Shown here one piece after another: positions 1-9,983 of a stretch of DNA of 64,000 nucleotides. The notes beneath the pieces are model-generated. The model was not told the DNA's origin and made no database searches. It saw only the letters and a program-made list of their open reading frames with translations. The number at the start of each line of letters is the position of its first letter. The stretch's first letter is position 1. The stretch is from the NCBI GenBank assembly GCA_963809895.1, contig CAWELD010000003.1:2368001-2432000 (forward strand), written 5' to 3'. The stretch comes from an uncultured Gemmatimonadales bacterium. GTDB lineage: Bacteria; Gemmatimonadota; Gemmatimonadetes; Longimicrobiales; Gaopeijiaceae. The position numbers were made by a program, and so were the translations under genes.

Positions 1-236
1 ATGTGGTGTGCGCTCTCGCGCTCCGTTCCCGCGAACCAGCGCTCCGCCACCGCTTCACGGCACAGGTCCAGGCCACAGCGCAGCCAGAAGACGGCCACAC
101 CGGTGCGGCCTCCTCGCCGGAGCGCGCCCCGGGTCCCGTCCCGGAAGGCCCGGACCATGTCGTCGCCGAACCTGCGGCGGAACCGGGCCGGGTACAGGTG
201 CAGCGCCAGTCGGTACAGCCTCTCCGCCCAGCTCAT
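1..236 (-). CDS. N-terminus (partial, runs off window) of a probable ADOP/MacB-FtsX orphan permease
   Basis: Not in the ORF track. Manual translation MSWAERLYRLALHLYPARFRRRFGDDMVRAFRD... resembles the N-terminus of the permease at 9980. ATGA overlap with the padR stop. Confidence 0.7.
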   Translation of the reverse strand, partial: MSWAERLYRLALHLYPARFRRRFGDDMVRAFRDGTRGALRRGGRTGVAVFWLRCGLDLCREAVAERWFAGTERESAHH

Positions 237-601
237 CGCGGCCCTCCGCCGCCGGCGAGGCCCGCGTCGCGGGCCGCGTCCACGGCGCGGGCCATGCGGC
301 GCGCCTCGGCATCCGCCACGCGCCGTCCGAAGGGCGTCACCCGGTAGTAGCGGCGGCGCTCGTCGTGTCCCTCCACGTCGGTGGGACGCTCGTCCAGCTC
401 CTCCAGCAGGCCCTCCTCCAGCATCCACTTGAGCCGCCTGTAGAGGGCGCCGGGCTGCAGCGTGAGCGTGCCCCCGGAGATGCGCTCCGCTTCCTGCATG
501 ATGGCGTAGCCGTGGCGCTCACCCGCCGCCACCACGGTCAGGATCATGAAGGCGTCGGGCTTCATGGGGAGGAAGTCCTGCGGGTCGTCGTCTCGAGGCA
601 T
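233..601 (-). CDS. PadR family transcriptional regulator
   Basis: HGYAIM...GALYRRLKWM...ERRRYYRVTPFGR motifs; GGAG upstream of the ATG at 601. Confidence 0.92.
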   Translation of the reverse strand: MPRDDDPQDFLPMKPDAFMILTVVAAGERHGYAIMQEAERISGGTLTLQPGALYRRLKWMLEEGLLEELDERPTDVEGHDERRRYYRVTPFGRRVADAEARRMARAVDAARDAGLAGGGGPR

Positions 602-630
602 GAGCTGAGATCTCCAGTCGTTCACGGCGC

Positions 631-640
631 GTCTATAGAC
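631..640. promoter_or_regulatory. Perfect palindrome GTCTATAGAC, candidate PadR operator
   Basis: 10-bp palindrome about 30 bp upstream of the padR start, in an AT-richer intergenic patch. Confidence 0.4.
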
Positions 641-798
641 ATTCTGTTTATACGAGACAGCACCATCGCGCGAAAGGTTGCACCCGCTCTCGCGATGAGG
701 GTGCTCACGTCCCGCTCTCCCCCCCCTGGACAGTCTTTCAATCTTCAATTACTGTTCAACGTCACATGTTGCAACACCTGAAGAAAGGGGGGTCCCCG

Positions 799-1671
799 AT
801 GGATACGATTCTCGTTACCGGAGCCACAGGTCAGCAGGGCGGAGCCGTGGCGCGCGCATTGCTCGCCGAAGGCCATCCGGTCCGGGCCATGACTCGTCAC
901 CCGGACGGGGAGGCAGCCAGGGCCCTCGCCGATCTGGGAGCTACCGTCGTGCGTGGCGACCTGGACGATCCCGAGTCCCTCCGTGCCGCATTGGACGGGG
1001 TCTGGGGTGTCTTCGCCCTCCAGAACACCTGGGAGGCCGGCGTCGAGCGCGAGGAGGCCCAGGGCAAGCGCATGGCGCGGCTGGCTCGGGAGAGCGGGGT
1101 GCGCCACTACGTGTACGCCTCCGTGGGGAGCGCGCACCGCGAGACCGGCATTCCGCACTTCGACAACAAGGCGCGCGTCGAGGACGTGGTCCGCTCGCTG
1201 GACTTCCCGTCGTGGGTCATCCTGCGGCCGGTCTTCTTCATGGAGAACCTGACGTCTCCCTGGTTCGCCCCGGCCATCGCCGACGGCCATCTCGCCCTGG
1301 GCATCTCGCCCGACACGCCGCTACAGATGGTGGCGGTGGACGACATCGGCCGGTACGGGCTCATGGCCTTCGAGCGGGCGGACGAGCTCTCCGGGCGTGC
1401 CATCGACTTCGCCGGAGACTCCCTGACCCCCGTGGAGGCGGCCCGCATCCTGTCGGACGTCCTCGGGCGCCGGATCACCCATTTCCAGGTACCTCTGGAC
1501 GAGGTGAGGAAGGCCAGCGAGGACTTCGCCGCGATGCTGGCGTGGTTCGAAGAGGTGGGCTACGACGCCGACATCGAAGGGAATGCCCGGGAGTTCGGCA
1601 TCCGACCCACGTCGTTCGCGGCGTGGGCGAAGAGCGCGGACTGGAGCGCCGCCCAGCCCGCTGCCGTCTGA
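799..1671 (+). CDS. NmrA/HSCARG family NAD(P)-binding protein
   Basis: ILVTGATGQQGGAVA Rossmann motif, IPHFDNKA, ILRPVFFMENL. Confidence 0.93.
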   Translation: MDTILVTGATGQQGGAVARALLAEGHPVRAMTRHPDGEAARALADLGATVVRGDLDDPESLRAALDGVWGVFALQNTWEAGVEREEAQGKRMARLARESGVRHYVYASVGSAHRETGIPHFDNKARVEDVVRSLDFPSWVILRPVFFMENLTSPWFAPAIADGHLALGISPDTPLQMVAVDDIGRYGLMAFERADELSGRAIDFAGDSLTPVEAARILSDVLGRRITHFQVPLDEVRKASEDFAAMLAWFEEVGYDADIEGNAREFGIRPTSFAAWAKSADWSAAQPAAV

Positions 1672-1717
1672 CGCACACGGCATCCGCGGTGGGGAACGCC
1701 CCACCGCGGCTCGCCGG

Positions 1718-2536
1718 TCAGCGCCCCGGCCGCTCCGGCAGATGTCTGCGCGCTTCGTTCAGGAGGTCCGGATCGATGTTCACGCCCCGGGCCGCCATCT
1801 TCTGGCCCAGGGCGTCCAGCTGTCCGGGCAGTTCGGGCGGCGTGCCCTCTTGGCGGCGGGCGCGCCGCCCTACCACGGTGCCCACCAGGGCATCGTGGAC
1901 GACGTGCACCGCGATGGCGATCCACAGCGTACCGGTGATGCCCACGACCAGGTGGTCACGGAGACCGTAGAGCCCGGCCACCAGGGCGCTGCGGGGACCC
2001 TGATACAGGTGGACGGCTCCGAAGATGGACGCGGCCAGCAGCGCAGCGGCCCACCAGCTCCCGGTCAGCGCCGCCAGGAGGGTGAAGAGCACCCCGCGAT
2101 AGACCACCTCCTCGCCGAACCCGGCACCGAGACACAGCAGGTAGAAGAAGGCGTGCTCACCCCGGGTGCGGGGCGCGATGCGGCGAACCCGCTCGCGCCC
2201 GGTCCTGGGTGTCAGCCGTGGGATCAGCGTGAGCAACCCCAGTGCCAGGGACCCCAGTCCCACGGCCACGTCCAGGAGCCCCGGCGTCCAGGCCGGAAAC
2301 AGGTGCATGCCACTCTCGCGGGCCGCCGCCCACGACAGGACCAGGAGCACCCACAGCCAGAGCAGCGCCCCCACGTAGGCGCGCCTGCGTTCCATGAGCG
2401 GTGCTTCTCCCCCACCCCGCGCGAGCCGCCGATGGGCGCGCAGGCCCACCAGGGGCCCAACCAGGGCCAGGAATCCCAGCGTGTACCACGACACCACCCC
2501 CATGGTCACGGTGGCGGGGTCGGTGAGAAAGCGCAT
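1718..2536 (-). CDS. CPBP (Abi/CAAX-type II) intramembrane metalloprotease
   Basis: EEVVYRG, FGAVH and HVVHD motifs; multiple TM helices. Start chosen at MRFLTD. Confidence 0.88.
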   Translation of the reverse strand: MRFLTDPATVTMGVVSWYTLGFLALVGPLVGLRAHRRLARGGGEAPLMERRRAYVGALLWLWVLLVLSWAAARESGMHLFPAWTPGLLDVAVGLGSLALGLLTLIPRLTPRTGRERVRRIAPRTRGEHAFFYLLCLGAGFGEEVVYRGVLFTLLAALTGSWWAAALLAASIFGAVHLYQGPRSALVAGLYGLRDHLVVGITGTLWIAIAVHVVHDALVGTVVGRRARRQEGTPPELPGQLDALGQKMAARGVNIDPDLLNEARRHLPERPGR

Positions 2537-2690
2537 GGAGCGGCTCCGGACGGGCAAGAGGCTGTGCAGGAAGAGGCGTGTGTGGCATACTGGCGTCAAT
2601 CACGACGATGGCTCGATTCCTGCGGCTATGCGAGTCAGGGATCTGGCGCGATTCCCGCGCCACCACATCGGCCCGACAGAGGAGACGACC

Positions 2691-2972
2691 ATGACCCTCA
2701 CGAGCCTGCTCATCCTGCTTCTCGTGGCCGCCGTGTGCGGCGCCATCGGACAGTCCATCGCCGGCTACTCGCTGGGCGGGTGTCTCACCTCCATGGTCGT
2801 GGGGCTACTGGGAGCCTGGCTCGGAACGTGGCTCGCCACCGAGTTCGGCTTCCCCGCCCTCCTCGTCGTGGACGTGGGCGGGGAGCCGTTCCCGGTGGTG
2901 TGGGCCGTGGTGGGAAGCTTCCTCTTCGCGCTGGCGGTGGGCGTCCTCACCCGCGGCCGCGGCCGCGTCTAG
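2691..2972 (+). CDS. GlsB/YeaQ/YmgE (transglycosylase-associated) small membrane protein
   Basis: Three hydrophobic helices, VVGLLGAWLG motif, AGGAG RBS. Confidence 0.82.
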   Translation: MTLTSLLILLLVAAVCGAIGQSIAGYSLGGCLTSMVVGLLGAWLGTWLATEFGFPALLVVDVGGEPFPVVWAVVGSFLFALAVGVLTRGRGRV

Positions 2973-2978
2973 CGGACC

Positions 2979-5069
2979 TCAGTCGCCGCCGGCCCCCCGC
3001 GGCCACACGTTGTCCGAGGGGTCGCCGTCGGGGAAGCGCCCGTGGGGGTCCAGCGTCACCGACTCCACGGACCGCCCTCCGAAGTCCAGGACCGCGTCGA
3101 AGGTCCGCGACCCGTCGAACCAGACGTCCACCGGGTAGGTGACGATGGCGGTGCGGGCGTCGACCATGTCGGCGTTGTCCATGGGCCGGATGGCCGGCCC
3201 GGTGGCCGCGAAGCGGACCTGGAGCACCACGGGTGAGGGCATGTCACCGTCCTGACGCACGGTGACCGTGGTGCGAGCCCCCTGGGTGGAGACGTTCTGG
3301 ATGGAGCCGTCCACCGCATCGGTGGTGAAGAGCCAGTAGTACCAGAACCAGCCCAGGTCCCGGTCCAGGGCGTTGCTCATGTAGAAGGCGTAGTCCCACG
3401 GGGAGGGATGCTTGAAGCGCCAGGCCTCGGCGTACCCGCTCATGGCCCGCCACACGGCGCTGTCACCCACGATGCCCCCCAGCATGGAGAGCATCAGGGG
3501 TGCCTTGCTGTAGGCCTGGAACGAATACATGGGCCCACCGTAGTTGGCGTCCCACATGAGCGGAGCTTCGCGCTCGTCGCCGCTGATGGTTCCATAGCGC
3601 TGCCCCAGCCCGTCGAGGCGCGGCGCTTCGCCGTCGGCGTCGGCGTCGGACAGGATGTTCATGTACTGATTGAAGCCCTCGTCCATGAAGCCGTACCAGG
3701 TCTCGTTGGTCCCCACCATCATCGGCCACCACTGATGCCCGATCTCGTGGTCCGCCGCCCCCACGCTGGACATGATGAACATGGGGTACTCCATGCCCCC
3801 TTCCGGACCGTCCACGATGGTGAGTTGCGGGAAGGTGTAGGGCATCCACAGACGCGAGTAGAAGCCCAGCGCGTGACGGGCCACCTCCGGGCCCCGGGCG
3901 TAGCGCTCACTGTTGCCCGGCAGGTACAGGACGTTCACCGGTACCGGATCCCGTCCGGGAACCGTGGCCTCGGTCGCATCCCACACGAACTGGTTCGAGG
4001 TGGCCCACGCCACGTCACCCACGGTGTCGGCCACGAAGTGCCAGACCAGACGATCCCCGTCGGCGGTGGAGCGCCCCGGTCCGCGCTCCTGGGCACTGAC
4101 GATGTTGGTGGTGGTCCCCGGCGTCACCTGCGCCAGACGCTGGCGCGCGTCGGCGGTGAGCACCTCGTCGGCGTTCTGCAGCACACCGGTGGATCCCACG
4201 ATCCACCCCGCGGGCACGTCGATGCGCACGTCGAAGCGTCCGAAGTTGTTGTAGAACTCCGACGGCCCCAGATACGGATCCAGATCCCATCCCCCCTGAC
4301 GGAGGTCGTCGTACATGGCCACCCGGGGATACCACTGAGCGACCTGATACAGGGAATCGGCCCAGCGGCCCATGCGCAGCCCGCGCACGTTGTCGGCCCG
4401 GGGCACGCGGAAACTCCACTCGGCCTCCACCGTGGCCGAGGCGCCGGGGGCGACCGGGGTGGGCAGGAGCACCTGGACCGAGGTCTGGGTGACGTCACTG
4501 GCGATGGGGGCCGTGGGCGCCGGAGCGTTGCGCCGGCGGCGAATCCCGGTGTTGGCCAGATCCACTTCCTGGCCGTTGACGGCCAGTCGGGTGAGCTCCA
4601 TGCCGTCGGTGATCTCGGTGACCGTCTCCAGGCGGGGCACATTGGGCCGGAAGATGTTCTGGTCCAGCCGGAGCACCAGCCCCTGCATGGGATCGGGACC
4701 GTTGTTGTGCACCACCGCGGTCTCACGGCCCGAGACCGTGGAGGTGGGCACGTCGAGCCGGGCGTCGATGGTGTAGTCCATCCAGGTCTGCCAGTAGTTC
4801 GGACCGGGACGTCCTGTGGAGTCCCTCGTGCCCGCCGCCATGGCCCTCTGGATCATGTCGGTCATGCGGATGTCCCGCTGCACCGCCCGCTCCGGCGGGG
4901 CCGCCATCTCGCCTCCGCTCGAGGCGGCCATGGCCATCCCGGAGCTCTCCATCATGGAGCCACCGGCAGGCGCCGGCGTGGGCGTGGGCGAGGATCCCGG
5001 CGCGCACGCCACCGGGAGAAGTGCCATGCCGGCCGCAGCGGCCAGCGCAACCAATGCTCGGGTCCTCAT
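2979..5069 (-). CDS. M1 family metallopeptidase, probable lipoprotein
   Basis: GGMEYP, HEIGH...DEG (HExxH-x18-E); signal peptide ending LLPVAC; ATGA overlap with the upstream gene. Confidence 0.92.
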   Translation of the reverse strand: MRTRALVALAAAAGMALLPVACAPGSSPTPTPAPAGGSMMESSGMAMAASSGGEMAAPPERAVQRDIRMTDMIQRAMAAGTRDSTGRPGPNYWQTWMDYTIDARLDVPTSTVSGRETAVVHNNGPDPMQGLVLRLDQNIFRPNVPRLETVTEITDGMELTRLAVNGQEVDLANTGIRRRRNAPAPTAPIASDVTQTSVQVLLPTPVAPGASATVEAEWSFRVPRADNVRGLRMGRWADSLYQVAQWYPRVAMYDDLRQGGWDLDPYLGPSEFYNNFGRFDVRIDVPAGWIVGSTGVLQNADEVLTADARQRLAQVTPGTTTNIVSAQERGPGRSTADGDRLVWHFVADTVGDVAWATSNQFVWDATEATVPGRDPVPVNVLYLPGNSERYARGPEVARHALGFYSRLWMPYTFPQLTIVDGPEGGMEYPMFIMSSVGAADHEIGHQWWPMMVGTNETWYGFMDEGFNQYMNILSDADADGEAPRLDGLGQRYGTISGDEREAPLMWDANYGGPMYSFQAYSKAPLMLSMLGGIVGDSAVWRAMSGYAEAWRFKHPSPWDYAFYMSNALDRDLGWFWYYWLFTTDAVDGSIQNVSTQGARTTVTVRQDGDMPSPVVLQVRFAATGPAIRPMDNADMVDARTAIVTYPVDVWFDGSRTFDAVLDFGGRSVESVTLDPHGRFPDGDPSDNVWPRGAGGD

Positions 5070-6178
5070 GTAGCTTCCTCCGAAGCCGGGGGCTGCCCCG
5101 GAAGCCAGTCCCGGAACGCCTCCCCGTACAGATGCCAGACTGTGACGAACAACGCAGCCACGATGGGTCCGACGATGAATCCCACCGCACCGAATAGAAC
5201 CAAGCCGCCCAGCGTGCTCAACAGGATGAGCAGATCGGACATGCGCGTGTCGCGGCCGACCAGGCGCGGTCTCAGGAAATTGTCGATGGTGCTCACCACC
5301 AACAGACTCCACGCCACGAGCCCGATGCCGGCGCCGACGTGGCCGGTCACCAGGAGGTAGACCACCATGGGAGCCCACACCAGGCCGGCCCCGATGGCGG
5401 GAATGATGGAGACCACCATGGTGACGGTGCCCCAGAAGGCGGCACCGGGCACACCGGCCACCCAGAAGGCCACGCCCGCCAGCCCGCCCTGGATGATGCC
5501 GATGAGGAGCGACCCCTTGAGGGTGGCCCGCGTCACCGAGACGAACTTGTCCAGCAGTCGTTCCTCGTCGGCGGGAGACAGCGGCACATAGTAGAGGATG
5601 CGGTCCAGGATCCTCCGGCCGTCCACCAGAAAGAAGAACATGGCGTAGAGGACGATGAAGAGCTGCAGAAAGAAGCCCAGCGTGCCCCGGGTGACGTCGG
5701 CCAGGCTCCGGACCAGGAAGCTGCCGGTGCCGGACGCCGCCTGGGCCACCTTCGCTCCGATCTCCTCGCCGGTGGGGATGAGCGCGCGAAGCCCCGGCAG
5801 CCGATCCAGCAGTGGGATCTCCTGCAACCGCTGATCCCACCCCCCCGCGGCGCTGATCTGCTTCTCGATCCACGGCCCCGCCGCTTGCGACACCTCCACG
5901 GCCTGACTCGCCACGAGTCCAACGAACGCCAGCAGGGGAATCCCCACGACCAGCAGAATGATGAGGATCGTCGTCACCGACGCCCACGCCTTGCGGCCCC
6001 CCATGCGCCGAAGCAACGAGGCATACAGGGGGCTGGCCATCCCGGAGAAGATCGCCGCCAGAAGCACCGCCAGCAGGAACTGGCGGATCATGGCCAGGAA
6101 GAGGAGGGACATCCCCAGGGTGAACGCCAGCAGGAAGGTCTTCCGGAAGCGTTCCTGCGGAGGGTGCTGGGCGGTCAT
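5066..6178 (-). CDS. AI-2E (PerM/UPF0118) family transporter
   Basis: FFFLVDG, IPAIG, IDNFLRPRLVG, GFIVGPI; multi-TM. Confidence 0.92.
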   Translation of the reverse strand: MTAQHPPQERFRKTFLLAFTLGMSLLFLAMIRQFLLAVLLAAIFSGMASPLYASLLRRMGGRKAWASVTTILIILLVVGIPLLAFVGLVASQAVEVSQAAGPWIEKQISAAGGWDQRLQEIPLLDRLPGLRALIPTGEEIGAKVAQAASGTGSFLVRSLADVTRGTLGFFLQLFIVLYAMFFFLVDGRRILDRILYYVPLSPADEERLLDKFVSVTRATLKGSLLIGIIQGGLAGVAFWVAGVPGAAFWGTVTMVVSIIPAIGAGLVWAPMVVYLLVTGHVGAGIGLVAWSLLVVSTIDNFLRPRLVGRDTRMSDLLILLSTLGGLVLFGAVGFIVGPIVAALFVTVWHLYGEAFRDWLPGQPPASEEAT

Positions 6179-6354
6179 GCGGCTCGCTCGCGGCAATGGC
6201 CAGTGGATGCGGTGACGGGGCGCTCGCCGAAGAGATGCGCCGGGCTCCAACTTCGGTGTTCGGACGCCGGCGGGCCAGCATGGGAACCGCGGACCCGGTC
6301 GCGGCGTGCGAGCGGCCGTCGTAGCTTCCAGGCTCCTGCATCACCTTTGCCGAC

Positions 6355-9300
6355 GTGCCCGTGCCCCGACCCGTCTTCCGCGCCGTGCCCGACGACGCAC
6401 CGCACCTCGTCCGCCATCTGGACGAGATCGCCTCCCGCCATCCCCTGGCGCGCAAGGTGATCCTGGCGCCGGCGCGGGGTGCGGGCCGGGAGCTGTTGCG
6501 CACGCTGGCCCGGATGCGCGGAGGGTGGAGCGGCTTCGTGGTGGAGACGCCTCGACCCTTCGCCCTCCAGATCGCGACTCCGGCGCTGGCCCGGGCGGGG
6601 CTCCGGGTCATGGACGAGTTCGAGGAAGAGGCGCTGGTGGACGAGACGCTGGACGATGCCATGGCGTCCGGCGCCGGAGCACCCTACCGGGAGTTGGCCG
6701 GGGGGATGGGCTTCCGGCGGGCCGTGCGCAGCGCGGTGGCGGCCCTGCGCATCGCCGGCGTCGAGCCGGCGCGCATCCGGCGCGAGCCCTTCGCCGATCG
6801 GGCGAAGCAGGACCTGCTCGCCTCGGTGCTCGAGGGGCTGGCGGCCCGCTCCGCCGAACGAGGGGTCGCCGACGTGGGGCAGGTGCTGAGGTTGGCCGCC
6901 GAGGCGCTGGAGGCCGGGGCACCCCTGGGGGCCGACAGCGTCCACCTCTGGCCCGGCCTGTCCATGCGCGGCGCGTCGGGTCGCTTTCTCCGGGCACTGC
7001 TCGACCGGGGAGCACGGGTGCTCACCACCGATCCGGTGATGGGCCTGGAGGCGCCGGCCGCCCTGCTCTGGCACGCCGGCCGAGTCCGGACGCCGCGGTC
7101 GTTTCTCTGCGATCCGGAGGCCGCGCCCCGGGTGACGGAGTCTCCGCCGGACGACACGGATACCTCGGGTCTGCCCCTCTTCGACGGCGCCGACGCCCCG
7201 ACGGGACCGGCACCGGCCTCCATCACCCTGTTCCGGGCCGCCGGCATCCAGGAGGAGATCCGGGAGGTGCTTCGCCGCGCGCTCGGCTCGTCCACGCCCT
7301 TCGAGGATGTGGAGATCGTGACCCCGGACCCCGGCGTGTACGGGCCGGCGCTGCACGCCCTGGCCACCCGTCTCGGCATTCCCGTCACCTTCGCCGTGGG
7401 ACTCCCGGTGGAGCGCACACGGCCGGGGCGCGCGGTGGCCTCCTACCTGCGCTGGATCTCCGACGACTTTCCGGCAGCGGAGATCCGACGGTTGCTGGAG
7501 AACGACGATCTGAGGGCACCGGGTGCCCACCGCCATCTGAACCCGCGGGCGCTGGCCCGCACCCTTCGGCGCTTGCGGGTGGGATGGGGTCGCGAGCGGT
7601 ACGCCCAGATCCTCGACGCGGCCCTGGAGCGCCTCGAGAGCCGCCCCCCCGAGCCCCGCCGCGACGAATCGCCCGAGGAGCACGCGGCACGTCTGGAGCG
7701 TATGCGCGCGAACCTCGAGGGCGTCCAGGCGCTCCTCCGCTACATCCTGCGCCACACGCCCGCCGACGTCCCCCGACGCCTGGAGCTCCACCCCAGACCG
7801 GTGGCTCCGGCGGAGGTGGCCGGCGGCCTGGCCCGCTTCCTGCGCCTGGTGCCCACCCGGTCGGGATCCGTCGACGACACCGCCCGCGACCGTCTCCTCC
7901 GCGTCCTGGACCGCATCCGGGCGACGCTCACCCGACCGGTGCCCTTCGGGGCAGCGGTGGCCACGGTGCAGGAACATCTGGAGCTGCGCGTGCCGGCGCC
8001 CCGGGCCGAGGGCAAGGCGCCGTGGCTCTCCGACGGTGGCAGCGTGCACCTGACGGACCTGGAGCACGGGGGTCTGAGCGGTCGGCCCCTCACCTTCCTG
8101 GTGGGCCTGGACGCGGGGAGGTTCCCGGGTGGAGGCACCCAGGACCCCCTCCTGCTGGACCGGGAGCGGCGACGGCTCTCGGGCGACCTGCCCACCTCGG
8201 CGGACCGACTGGAGGAACGGCAGTTCCAGCTGGCGGCCCTCCTGGCACGTGTGCGGGGAGAGGTGGTGATGAGCTACCCGGCGTGGGACGCGGCCGAAGC
8301 ACGGGTGCTGGCTCCCTCTCCGGTCCTCCTCCAGGCGTACCGACTCGCCTCCGGCGACCCGCAGGCCGGCTTCGACGCGCTGCGCGGGCATCTCGGCACT
8401 CCCGCCAGCCGCTTGCCGCGCTCCGGCTCACCCCTGGACCGCGAGGACGTCTGGCTCGAGGCGCTCAGCGGGAGCGACCACCTCCTCGAGGGGACCCGGG
8501 TGGTGCGCGACGCCTTCCCTCGCCTGGACGCGGGCATCGCCGCCCGACGCGCATGGGACGGCGACGAGCCCGGAGCGCATCAGGGTGTGGTGGGGCGGCG
8601 GACGTCGCTGGATCCCCGACAGGTGCCCGAGACGATCCTGTCGGCCTCGCGCCTGGAGGCACTGGGGGCGTGCCCGCTGCGATACTTCCACCGCTACGTC
8701 CTGCACCTCCAGCCCCTCGACGACCCCGACTACCGGCCCGACGCCTGGCTGGACCCGCTCCGGCGGGGCAGCCTCCTGCACGGCGTCTTCGAGACGACGC
8801 TCCGCGCCGCCCGCGAGGACGGGATCGCGGTGGAGGACTCCGCCTTCGTGGAGCTCGGCCACCGCATCCTGCACGGCGACGCGCGCACCCTCCGCCAGGA
8901 GCTGCCCCCACCCAGCGAGGCGGTGTTCCAACGGGAGCTCGCGGCCCTGGAGGTCGACGTGCGCTGCTTCGCCGACCACCTGCGGCTCCATCCCCCGGCG
9001 TGGGAAGACCTGGAGCTCCAGTTCGGGTTCGAAGGCGGCGAGCCACCCGTCTTGCTGGAGCTGGCCGGAGGCACCGTGCGCCTGCGCGGCGCCGTGGACC
9101 GCGTCGACGCCGCCGGCGCCGACGGCTCGCACCTCCGCATCGTGGACTACAAGACGGGGAGCTTCGGGCGACACTGGGCGAGAAGCACCGGCGTCTACAA
9201 CGGTGGCCGACGGCTTCAGCACGTCCTGTACACCCTCGCCGTGGAGGCCTTGAAGGCACGCCCCGTGGAGGCCATGGAGTACCACTTTCCCACGCGAAAG

Positions 9301-9582
9301 GGCGAAGGCGAGATCCGACGCTTCCAGCGCCGCGAGCTCACGGGAGGGGCCGCCCTCGTGGACCGACTCCTCGACGGCGCGGCCCAGGGCCATTTCGTGC
9401 CCACGGACACCGTCGAGGACTGCGCCTTCTGCGACTACAAGGCCATCTGCCGCGTCACGGAGGGGCGTTTTGGCCGGCGCGACTCCCCGCCGGCGCAGTG
9501 GGGCGAAGCCCAACGCGAGGCCGGGGCGCCCGCCTACCGGGAGTTGGACGCCGTCCGGAGCTGGGAGGAGCGGCCGGACTAA
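6355..9582 (+). CDS. addB: AddB/RexB-like protein: degenerate helicase fold plus C-terminal PD-(D/E)XK nuclease with Fe-S cysteines
   Basis: LSASRLEALGACPLRYF, RGSLLH, LRGAVDRVD, IVDYKTG, CAFCDYKAIC (1+3 Cys). GTG start at 6355 or 6361. Confidence 0.82.
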   Translation: MPVPRPVFRAVPDDAPHLVRHLDEIASRHPLARKVILAPARGAGRELLRTLARMRGGWSGFVVETPRPFALQIATPALARAGLRVMDEFEEEALVDETLDDAMASGAGAPYRELAGGMGFRRAVRSAVAALRIAGVEPARIRREPFADRAKQDLLASVLEGLAARSAERGVADVGQVLRLAAEALEAGAPLGADSVHLWPGLSMRGASGRFLRALLDRGARVLTTDPVMGLEAPAALLWHAGRVRTPRSFLCDPEAAPRVTESPPDDTDTSGLPLFDGADAPTGPAPASITLFRAAGIQEEIREVLRRALGSSTPFEDVEIVTPDPGVYGPALHALATRLGIPVTFAVGLPVERTRPGRAVASYLRWISDDFPAAEIRRLLENDDLRAPGAHRHLNPRALARTLRRLRVGWGRERYAQILDAALERLESRPPEPRRDESPEEHAARLERMRANLEGVQALLRYILRHTPADVPRRLELHPRPVAPAEVAGGLARFLRLVPTRSGSVDDTARDRLLRVLDRIRATLTRPVPFGAAVATVQEHLELRVPAPRAEGKAPWLSDGGSVHLTDLEHGGLSGRPLTFLVGLDAGRFPGGGTQDPLLLDRERRRLSGDLPTSADRLEERQFQLAALLARVRGEVVMSYPAWDAAEARVLAPSPVLLQAYRLASGDPQAGFDALRGHLGTPASRLPRSGSPLDREDVWLEALSGSDHLLEGTRVVRDAFPRLDAGIAARRAWDGDEPGAHQGVVGRRTSLDPRQVPETILSASRLEALGACPLRYFHRYVLHLQPLDDPDYRPDAWLDPLRRGSLLHGVFETTLRAAREDGIAVEDSAFVELGHRILHGDARTLRQELPPPSEAVFQRELAALEVDVRCFADHLRLHPPAWEDLELQFGFEGGEPPVLLELAGGTVRLRGAVDRVDAAGADGSHLRIVDYKTGSFGRHWARSTGVYNGGRRLQHVLYTLAVEALKARPVEAMEYHFPTRKGEGEIRRFQRRELTGGAALVDRLLDGAAQGHFVPTDTVEDCAFCDYKAICRVTEGRFGRRDSPPAQWGEAQREAGAPAYRELDAVRSWEERPD

Positions 9583-9613
9583 GTAGTATTGCGATACATC
9601 ACGGTACTACTTA
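9580..9613. promoter_or_regulatory. Inverted repeat TAAGTAGTA-N16-TACTACTTA, candidate PadR operator
   Basis: Perfect 9-bp AT-rich arms overlapping the addB stop, 46 bp upstream of padR. Confidence 0.5.
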
Positions 9614-9659
9614 TTCATGGGGCGTCGTTGGTGACCTTCGTCCCGTGCCGGTGTGACCC

Positions 9660-9983
9660 ATGCCCCGATCCGGAGCCTCCGCCCTCTCCGAGCCCGTCGT
9701 CCACATCCTGCTGTCGCTGGCCGACGGCCCGCTGCACGGATACGGCATCATCCTGCGCGTGGAAGAGTGGACCGACGGCCGTCTGGTCCTCAAGACCGGC
9801 ACGCTCTACACCGCGCTCCGTCGCCTGAGCGAGCGCGGACTGATCGAGACCGCCGACGTGGACGACCCCGAAGACGAGCGGCGCATCCACTACCGTCTCA
9901 CGCCCGAGGGCCTCGCGGTGCTCCGGAACGAGGCGGCGCGGGTGCAGGCGCTGGCCGAGCTGACGGTGAGGGTGGTGGGATGA
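9660..9983 (+). CDS. PadR family transcriptional regulator
   Basis: LHGYGII...TGTLYTALRRL...ERRIHYRLTPEG. Confidence 0.92.
   Translation: MPRSGASALSEPVVHILLSLADGPLHGYGIILRVEEWTDGRLVLKTGTLYTALRRLSERGLIETADVDDPEDERRIHYRLTPEGLAVLRNEAARVQALAELTVRVVG

Noticed and set aside
1718..2536. 'Abi' protein as phage defence
   Set aside because: The CPBP/Abi name does not imply abortive infection, and there is no defence context here.
2979..6662. 1227-aa ORF suggesting a long N-terminal extension on the M1 peptidase
   Set aside because: The real start is 5069 (signal peptide, ATGA overlap); the upstream part is an off-frame read of the AI-2E gene.
6355..9582. Cas4-like nuclease with four Cys, suggesting a CRISPR or defence system
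   Set aside because: It is the AddB-type C-terminal domain; no cas genes or repeat-spacer array were seen in the window.
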